Shown: one piece after another, positions 1 to 6,257 of the stretch | Numbering within the stretch: position 1 is the first letter of the stretch | Layout: every line of letters begins with the position of its first letter | Source of the DNA: Geosiphon pyriformis uo1 | Taxonomy: Eukaryota; Fungi; Glomeromycota | Direction: 5' to 3' | Assembly: GCA_016748015.1 (NCBI GenBank) | Contig: JAAOMT010000001.1 | Coordinates: 1-8,532 of the forward strand | Length of the DNA: 8,532 bases | The notes under the pieces: model-generated | What the model saw: only the letters and a program-made list of their open reading frames with translations | The model's database searches: none | What the model was told of the DNA's origin: nothing | Translations under genes and position numbers: made by a program

Positions 1-507
1 CAGTAACTGAATTTGTAACTTCAAATTATCTCCTATAATTTGAACTTGCTGGGCTTATGAGTGGAATGGCCAATTCCGTGCCAGTTGCTTTATGTAATTA
101 CATTGTAGTAAACGTCAACTCTTTCTCAGAAATTGCTTGTCTGGAAGCTCACTAAAAATGTGTAGTTACTTTGCTGTGAAAGTCAACTCTTCTACAGGAA
201 TCTCGTCTATAGACTACCCTAATGATTGTAATAAAAAAAGAAAAGAAAACTAAAAGAAATGTAAAAAAAATAAAATTTTTATCAAGGGAACGTTTTTCTA
301 TCCAGGCCTGGAGTCACTAACAGTTTACTGAAATTGGTAGCTAATTAATTTCGAAATGTTAGTTGGATTTTGGGGATTTTCCAAGTACAATAATTAAAGA
401 ATTTGGTTTTTCAAATTATTTGATATTTATTTTTTTTTGTGTGTGTAGGAATGGTTCTAAGTGATAAATCTAAAGTAAGATATATTTTCTCGAAGAGAGA
501 AGCTCTT

Positions 508-515
508 CTTTTATA
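508..515 (-). promoter_or_regulatory. Candidate TATA box of left LTR (TATAAAAG)
   Basis: Identical to 5641-5648 in the right LTR and ~50 bp downstream of the 20-bp repeat array. Function is inferred from position only. Confidence 0.4.
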
Positions 516-565
516 CAACTTGTTGTAACACTATTCTATGAACTTGAACTTTGCTATTTTCTACA

Positions 566-680
566 ATTTCGCTAAACTAAAGATACATTTCGGCAAACTA
601 CAAGTTATTTCAGCAATCTATTAAATATTTCGGTGAACTATCAATTATTTAGGCGAATTTCTACAAATTTCGGCAAACTT
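566..680 (-). repeat. Six-unit, 20-bp-period degenerate tandem array in left LTR (core ~TAGTTCGCCGAAAT)
   Basis: Plus-strand units: atttcgctaaacta 566, atttcggcaaacta 587, atttcagcaatcta 607, atttcggtgaacta 627, atttaggcgaattt 647, atttcggcaaactt 667. Confidence 0.85.
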
Positions 681-895
681 TTGAATATTAGATAGTTTGG
701 GGTATTGCATGATTGATTATCGCAATTAGATTACATTTGTGTTGTGTACAATTTGGGTTATTAATTAAATGATAATTTCGGACATTTTTGCTAATGTAAT
801 AAGTGATCATTTGAAATAATAATATATGCTAATTAATGATAGGAATTATAAGATAATTTTATGCTAAATAATATCTCTAATTTCATCTGGTAACA

Positions 896-1740
896 GCGTC
901 AATAATAGCTTGCAAATTCCAAGAATGATTTCAATTCAGTCACATTGGTTGGTATTAGAAAGTTTTTTACTATCTCTATTTTCTCTGGATGTTGTCTTTG
1001 CTGATTATGTGTTCCAAAAATTTTAGTTTTGTCTTGCCAAAGAAGCATTTTGTTGCATTTAACTTTAGTCCTACTCTTCTTAGTCTTTCGAACACTTGTT
1101 GAAGATAATAAAGATGATTATCAAATGTTTTTGAGAATACATTGGTGTCATTCAAGTATACAACTACTGATTTCCACAATAAGCCCATATAAATGATTTT
1201 CATTAGCCATTGGAAAGTGGCTGGAGCATTGGTTAAGCCGAAGAGCATTACTTCAAATTCGAAATTCCCTTCTCTAGTGGTGAATGCTGTTTTCTCTTTG
1301 TCAGCTGGATCCATGGCTACTTGCCAGTAACCACTGTCTAAGTCTAATGTTGAAAACCATTTGTTTCTGCCAAAAGTGTTGAACAATTCTTATATTCTTG
1401 AGGTTGGATAGCTGTCTCCACGCATTACACCATTGAGTTTCCTGTAGTCCACACAAAATCGGATTTTTCTATTCTTCTTCCAGATGAATACCACTGGTGA
1501 TAACCATGGGCTCATTGATGATTGAATTAACCCATTGTTAAGCATTTGGTTTATTTCTTGACAAATGATTTCATGGCTAGCTGGTGATACTCTGTATGCT
1601 CTTTGTTTAATTGGCATTGCATCTTTGATCTAATGCTGGATGATGTTGGTCCAGCCAAACTCATTTTCACTGGCAAAAATGTTATTGAAATTATTGAGCA
1701 ATATTTTGAGCTGTATATGTTGGAGTGGGTCTAAGTTTCC
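896..1740 (-). pseudogene. pol: Reverse transcriptase domain of element A pol (inactivated, truncated before RNase H)
   Basis: PIKQRAYR, SPWLSPVV, RFCVDYRKLN, FSTLDLDSGYWQV, KTAFTT, FGLTNAPATFQ, LKLNATKCFF. The catalytic YxDD is mutated to YLND (1158-1147). After a frameshift near 988 it continues PEKIEIVKNFLIPTNVTELKSFLEFASYY*R up to the LTR junction. Confidence 0.96.
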
Positions 1741-1878
1741 CATGTTCATTTGTTCCAATTGCTCTGGTTAGAACAAATAACATTTGCTTCATCCATATAT
1801 TGTTTGTAATATAATATTGACATATTTACAAAGCTGTGAAAAATCCAGAATAGTGCTTAGTAGTTGATCCTCTATTTC

Positions 1879-2130
1879 AGTGCTTAAGTATTTAAAGGTG
1901 GTTTTGGCTGATATTACTATAACATTTCCTGTGTTATTATAGATAAGAATTTTGATGTGGCTGTAATTTTTGGCTGGTATATAGAGATTAATGAGTCCAA
2001 TCTCTCTTGATTCACAAAGGATTGGTTCTGCTTCAAAAATCTGATTCTGTTCTTTTACTTTCCACTTTATTCCTACTATGTACTGGCCATATAGTAAAAT
2101 AGAAATTCCTTGATCCGTTGAGATAATTTC
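1879..2130 (-). pseudogene. Second, degenerate dUTPase-like domain of element A pol
   Basis: SHIKILIYNNTGNVIVISAKTTFKYL parallels RNIIAILQNDSEKAYIIEPNEKIAQA of the adjacent dUTPase. Catalytic motifs are absent. Eyeball alignment only. Confidence 0.5.
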
Positions 2131-2175
2131 TTCTTGGTCAACAATTTCTGCTATATTGACTGGTACATCTATTCT

Positions 2176-2601
2176 ATCCATTAATCCAAATCCCTGTATT
2201 CCTCTAGCTATTATCCCTAATTCCTCTCTATTTCCCACTAGTACTAACTGTGCTATTTTCACCAGATGCAGAAATATTGCCTGTGCTATCTTTTCATTTG
2301 GCTCTATAATATAGGCTTTTTCAGAGTCATTTTGTAGTATAGCAATGATATTTCTTACATATTCTGCATCAATTATTCCTTCTTTTATATTAATCTCTCT
2401 TTTTGCTAAACTACTTTTAAATGCTAGTTGAATCATTGTTGTTGCTGGGATTTCTAATGCTACTTTCAGATCAATGCAAGTGTGCGAATGTGGTTCCAAT
2501 TTGATGGCATCTTTTCCTGGATACCTCAGATCAAACTTAGTATCAGTATTATGCACGCATTCTGGCATAATACCTTCATTATTGTCACTATATCATTTTA
2601 A
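2176..2601 (-). pseudogene. Trimeric-family dUTPase domain within element A pol
   Basis: All five dUTPase motifs are recognisable in order despite decay: TKFDL (AGFDL), KSSLA (RSxLA), GIIDAEYVRNI (GxIDxxYxGxI), EKIAQAIF, RGIQGFGLMD (RGxxGFGSTG). Confidence 0.9.
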
Positions 2602-2856
2602 CTTCTGTTCTTTGAAGAGGTTTGGCAGTGCAATGTATTGTTCATATTTTGGGTCAGAGTTTGAATCTGAGTTGGAATTGTTATCGTTGTTATTGCCAAT
2701 TTGAATAAAGCTGGAACCAGTGTTTTTGTCATCATTATTGTCAGAGTTTAAATCAGGATTGAATGGTGATTCCAATTCAGATGCACAGCTGCTAATTGGT
2801 TCAATTTTCTCCAGAATTGTATAGATCATGTGTGGTAGTGGATTGTAAATGAGATC

Positions 2857-3468
2857 ACACTCATTACAATATTGGAAGTCACAGGAAATCAAATAGTGGT
2901 CATATAATTAGGTGTTTAGTTGTTTTAAACACTGCTTCTGTTCTTCTCTTGTAGGTGCCAAATTTTGGTAGTATTTGTGAAAGTCTTCTGGACCTGTTTT
3001 TTTGTCCATAAAAGCATCTGGGTTAGGAATATGAATGATATCAACTGGTTCTGGGAGATTGTTCTTAATTTTTAGTATTTCACTGGGTGTAGCACCTTCT
3101 ACTTTGGCATTGGCCATTCGCCAAATCTTCTCTTCATTGTGGAGGTAACCATCTAAACAATTGAGTGCTTAGTGCCATGCTACTGTAATCGGGGTACCAT
3201 AACTCATCCAGTCACTAATGAGGATCGTGTATTGGCATAAAGTGTCACATGTTCCTTCTCGACCAAGAATGTTATTCCACATTCCTTCATCGAGCAGTTG
3301 TTTGCCACAAGCGAGACATGGTTTATTGTTCCACTTGCCCTGTTTCTTTGGGTAGCCATAGCATTTTCTATGGCATGGCTTACAATAGTAATGAGTTCAC
3401 ATTCAGTAGTCTTCGTCTGGTGCGATCTATGCTCCCATGGAAAAAAGTTTCTTTCCACAGTCTTTGCA
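2857..3468 (-). pseudogene. Cys-rich putative zinc-binding region of element A pol, between protease and dUTPase
   Basis: Translation through stops in the pol frame gives CKDC-x24-CKPC, then CLAC-x19-CDTLC (3468-3235), and YDHYLISCDFQYCNEC (2904-2857). Confidence 0.65.
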
Positions 3469-3852
3469 TTTGAGTGGAATATATGGCAGTTGTGGTAGTG
3501 GCTCATGGATTGAGTATGAACTGGTCCAGCCACTGGTTATTTTGCTGGTGCTGGTGGTCTCTTCCAGTGTGGTTTTTTTCCTTTTTCTCTTTCTGTTATC
3601 TTCCTCTTTCCATTCCCAATTGGCCGGTTTATTGTAGTCATTTTTTGTTTTCCAAGCTTGATTAGAGATCCAGATAAGTTCTGTTTCTTTTTGCTTTCCT
3701 TTGATGTTGCTGTTCTAAGAAGGTACTGATGGCAACTCGTTATAGTCTTAGTTGGCCCACAAGACTTGGTAGGCTTCCCAGGTAGGTTTCTTTGTTTTTT
3801 CCTCAAACTCGATGAGTGATTGGGTATTGCTTGGCTTAAAGTGGCCACAAGT

Positions 3853-4218
3853 GGCTGGTGTTCAAGTATGCTGACCACCAAAGGTTAATTGTAGTTTTTG
3901 GGTGGTCCAATTGAAGGTAATGTGGGTTTTTGACAACCAATCATTGTTTACAAAAACTTAGTATTGTGTGGTTTTCATTATCAAAACTTTGATGGGTATT
4001 ATAATGTCATTGATTTCAAATAGAAAATTGTCAATTTTGCCAATTGGAGTTTTGGTCGCTCCATCAGCAATGATTATACAAGCACTAGCAGCATGATCAA
4101 CTCAGTGACCTAATTGGTCCATGAATTGTTACATAATAATACTGCCTGCTGAACCACTGTTTAGGATCAATTTGATGGAGTGGCCATCTACTTTGGCATC
4201 AGTATACATTGCTGTAAT
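3853..4218 (-). pseudogene. pol: Retropepsin aspartic protease of element A (inactivated)
   Basis: ITAMYTDAKVDGHSIKLILNSGSAGSII with DSG decayed to NSG (4161-4153), flap IIADGATKTPIG, and C-terminal VNNDWL (GNDWL-type). It aligns with the intact LILDSGSAGSII protease of element B. Confidence 0.92.
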
Positions 4219-5260
4219 GAGTTTCTCTTCAAGGGTGGCTTCACTGAATAATGGAACTGGAGTGGTTTCCTCAAACTCAAACAAGAAAATGGCTGCTAAT
4301 GTTTTGTTTTTAGTGACTATTGCTGGTGGTATGTTGTTGGTAAGTTTTTGGATTGGGTTGGTTTCTGGGTTGCTGGGTGTGGCGCCTTTTGGAGTAACCA
4401 GAAGACTTAAATAGTTCTGGGAATTTGGGTTTTGAGTGGCACCAGTACCTAAATTCTGAGAATGCAATCCTGATGGTGTGTTGGAGAAACTGGGGAACAA
4501 CCATCACCAATCTCCAGTTTTGTTGTGTCATTCTCGGTCTTTGGATTCCATGTTGAGATAAGTTTTTGGGGTGGTGTTTAAATAGTTTGAGGTTGATAGA
4601 TTACTTGTGGCTGCAGTTAATATATTACGGATGGCTGTGGTTGATATATTGCTGGTGACTGTGATTAATAAACTGGGGTCTAATATACTGGTGCTTAATA
4701 AATTGGCTGCTGTGTTATTGGCAGATAAGTGTTTTGATTTAGCTTTTGATTTTGATATTGATTCAGGGTTTGGAATCGGTGATCGGAATTTTGATGTTGA
4801 TTTCCCAATTATCGGTTATAAGCATTGCAATTGGCTCTTATGTGGCCTTGTTTACCACAGTTGTGGCAGACACATGTCTCTGGCTGCCACTGCTAATTGG
4901 CCAATGTTGAGGGACACACTTGATTTTGGGAACAATTGTAGTTTCCTTAATTATTACATCTTTGAGAAGGTTGATAAATGGACTGATGATTATTAGCTAA
5001 GTATCTCTCAATTTTCTGATTGATGATATCACTGATTTGCTTCAATTTGGAATCCAAATCAGATGATCTATTCATTACTAAATTTACAGCTTGAGCATAG
5101 TTGGCTTCTAGTTCAGCTGATTCAAAATCTCTGGCATGTGTAACTGTGGCTTGAAGGTTGGCTGAGTGTAATGAATATATGTGTTACAAAATGCTACTGC
5201 ACAGGCCACAAATAAACTGGTTGAGGATCTGGGTTTCTGTGAAATACACAGTGTCGATGG
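4219..5260 (-). pseudogene. gag: C-terminal part of element A gag (capsid end, CCHC knuckle, Q/P/Y-rich tail); N-terminus lost at the LTR junction
   Basis: YFTETQILNQFICGL...ARDFESAELEANYAQAVNLVM aligns with element B YYSNA*ILDQFITGL...KRYKMAIEEANYTKLVNLAI. The zinc knuckle CHNCGKQGHIRANC is at 4868-4827. Confidence 0.9.
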
Positions 5261-5475
5261 TGTTACCAGATGAAATTAGAGATATTATTTAGCATGAAAT
5301 TATCTTATAATTCCTATCATTAATTAGCATATATTATTATTTCAAATGATCACTTATTACATTAGCAAAAATGTCCGAAATTATCATTTAATTAATAACC
5401 CAAATTGTACACAACACAAATGTAACCTAATTGCGATGATCAATCATGCAATACCCCGAACTATGTAACATTCAA

Positions 5476-5590
5476 AAGTTCACCGAAATTTGTAGAAATT
5501 CACCAAAATAATTGATAGTTCACTGAAATATCTAATAGTTTGCCAAAATAACTTATAATTTGCCGAAATGTATCTTTAGTTCAGCAAAAT
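5476..5590 (+). repeat. Six-unit, 20-bp-period degenerate tandem array in right LTR (probable U3)
   Basis: aagttcaccgaaat 5476, aaattcaccaaaat 5496, tagttcactgaaat 5516, tagtttgccaaaat 5536, taatttgccgaaat 5556, tagttcagcaaaat 5577. Confidence 0.85.
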
Positions 5591-5640
5591 CATAGAAAAT
5601 AGCAAAGTTCAAATTCATAGAATAGTGTTATGACAAGTTG

Positions 5641-5648
5641 TATAAAAG
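5641..5648 (+). promoter_or_regulatory. Candidate TATA box of right LTR (TATAAAAG)
   Basis: Conserved in both LTR copies and downstream of the repeat array. An AATAAA follows at 5725-5730 (also present in the left copy). The AT-rich background weakens the call. Confidence 0.4.
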
Positions 5649-5944
5649 AAAAACTTCTCTCTTTGAGAAAATGTATCTTACTTTAGATTTATCTCTTAGA
5701 ACCATTCCTATACACACAAAAAAAAATAAATATCAAATAATTCAAAAAACCAAATTTTTTAATTATTGCACTTGGAAAATCCCCAAAACCCAACTAACAT
5801 TTCGAAATTGATTAGCTACCAATTTCAGTAAACTGTTAGTGACTCCAGGCCTGGATAGAAAACGTTTCCCTTAATAAAATCCTATTTCTTTTACATTTCT
5901 TTTATTTTATTTTCTTTTCTTATTACAATCATTAGAGTAGCCTA

Positions 5945-6063
5945 CAGACGAGATTCCTGTAGAAGAGTTGACTTTCACAGCAAAGTAATTACACATTTTT
6001 AGTGAGCTTCCAGACGAGCAATTTCTGGAAAAGAGTTGACATTTACTACAACGTAACTACATA
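5945..6063 (+). repeat. Diverged direct duplication (period 66 bp) inside the LTR
   Basis: cagacgag--attcctgtagaagagttgactttcacagcaaagtaattacaca (5945) vs cagacgagcaatttctggaaaagagttgacatttactacaacgtaactacata (6011). Present in both LTR copies. Confidence 0.75.
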
Positions 6064-6241
6064 AAGCAACTGGCACAGAACTGGCCATTCCACTCATAAG
6101 CCCAGCAAGTTCAAATTATAGGAGATAATTTGAAAATAAATTCAGTTACTGGAGGTTCAACCACATCCGGAAAACATGAATTCACAGCAAATAAGTATTA
6201 ACAACATTACAGAAAAGAGACCAAAAACCTCCGGTAATATT

Positions 6242-6253
6242 TGGTGCTCTCCC
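6242..6253 (+). promoter_or_regulatory. Primer-binding site of element B (TGGTGCTCTCCC; tRNA identity and exact length undetermined)
   Basis: TGG start (complement of tRNA CCA) 2 nt after the inferred LTR end, and locally GC-rich. Confidence 0.75.
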
Positions 6254-6257
6254 ATAG

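Larger units (their letters stand above)
1..895 (-). mobile_element. LTR of element-B family (5' or solo LTR), truncated by the window start and inserted into the RT of element A
   Basis: Reverse complement of 5261-6151 and begins TGTTACCAGA at 895. A hand alignment of the first 415 bp (895-481 vs 5261-5675) gives 28 mismatches and no indels. The junction at 895/896 cuts element A's RT thumb motif FASYY*R, and no polypurine tract precedes it. Confidence 0.92.
896..5260 (-). mobile_element. Element A: internal fragment of a degenerate Ty3/Gypsy LTR retrotransposon (gag'-PR-Cys-rich insert-dUTPase-dUTPase-like-RT')
   Basis: ORF-track pieces 4129-4500, 2908-3117, 2593-2892, 1789-2568, 1390-1617 and 976-1386 all lie in one minus-strand frame separated only by stop codons. 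Domain order PR then RT and the RT motifs (RFCVDYRKLN, LDLxSGYWQV, MxFGLTNAPATFQ) are Ty3/Gypsy type. About 26 in-frame stops by hand translation, with frameshifts near 4560, 4495 and 988. Confidence 0.95.
5261..6239 (+). repeat. 5' LTR of element B (~979 bp)
   Basis: Starts TGTTACCAGA and ends TCCGGTAATA, an 8/10 terminal inverted repeat. Both mismatches are transitions from an inferred TGTTACCGGA...TCCGGTAACA. It is followed after TT by TGG..., and a second copy lies at 1-895. Confidence 0.9.

Noticed and set aside
1-895. Left LTR as the 3' LTR of element A
   Set aside because: No RNase H, integrase or polypurine tract precedes it, and the same LTR is linked to the different gag of element B.
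3574-3594. RKRKRKK nuclear localisation signal in element A pol
   Set aside because: AGA and AAA codons are what G>A decay makes from GGA and GAA, so the basic run may be an artefact. A consensus is needed.
4490-4570. Programmed ribosomal frameshift between gag and pol of element A
   Set aside because: There is no canonical slippery heptamer, two separate shifts appear to be needed, one is in an A run, and related element B is single-frame. Post-insertion indels are more likely.
2474-4996. Plus-strand ORFs and alternative-frame minus ORFs (3204-3533, 3537-3881) over element A
   Set aside because: These are shadow or off-frame ORFs of the decayed polyprotein with no motifs. The motif-bearing frame is the stop-interrupted one.
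5476-5590. CRISPR-like repeat-spacer array
   Set aside because: Repeats are 14 bp and spacers 6-7 bp, far too short. There are no cas genes and the context is a eukaryotic LTR.
5873-5878. AATAAA as the LTR polyadenylation signal
   Set aside because: The left LTR has GATAAA at this position, so it is not conserved and is probably a G>A product.
1-6151. DIRS-like or DNA-transposon element with long inverted terminal repeats enclosing an RT
   Set aside because: The repeats cut gag and RT mid-domain, have TG...CA-type LTR ends, and one is followed by a PBS and its own gag. There is no tyrosine recombinase or transposase, and the RT is Ty3/Gypsy type.
6195-6257. Alternative intron using the intact GT at 6195
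   Set aside because: It is 63 nt, so it keeps the ATG in the short out-of-frame ORF and does not reach Gag. The donor GTATTA is also weak.
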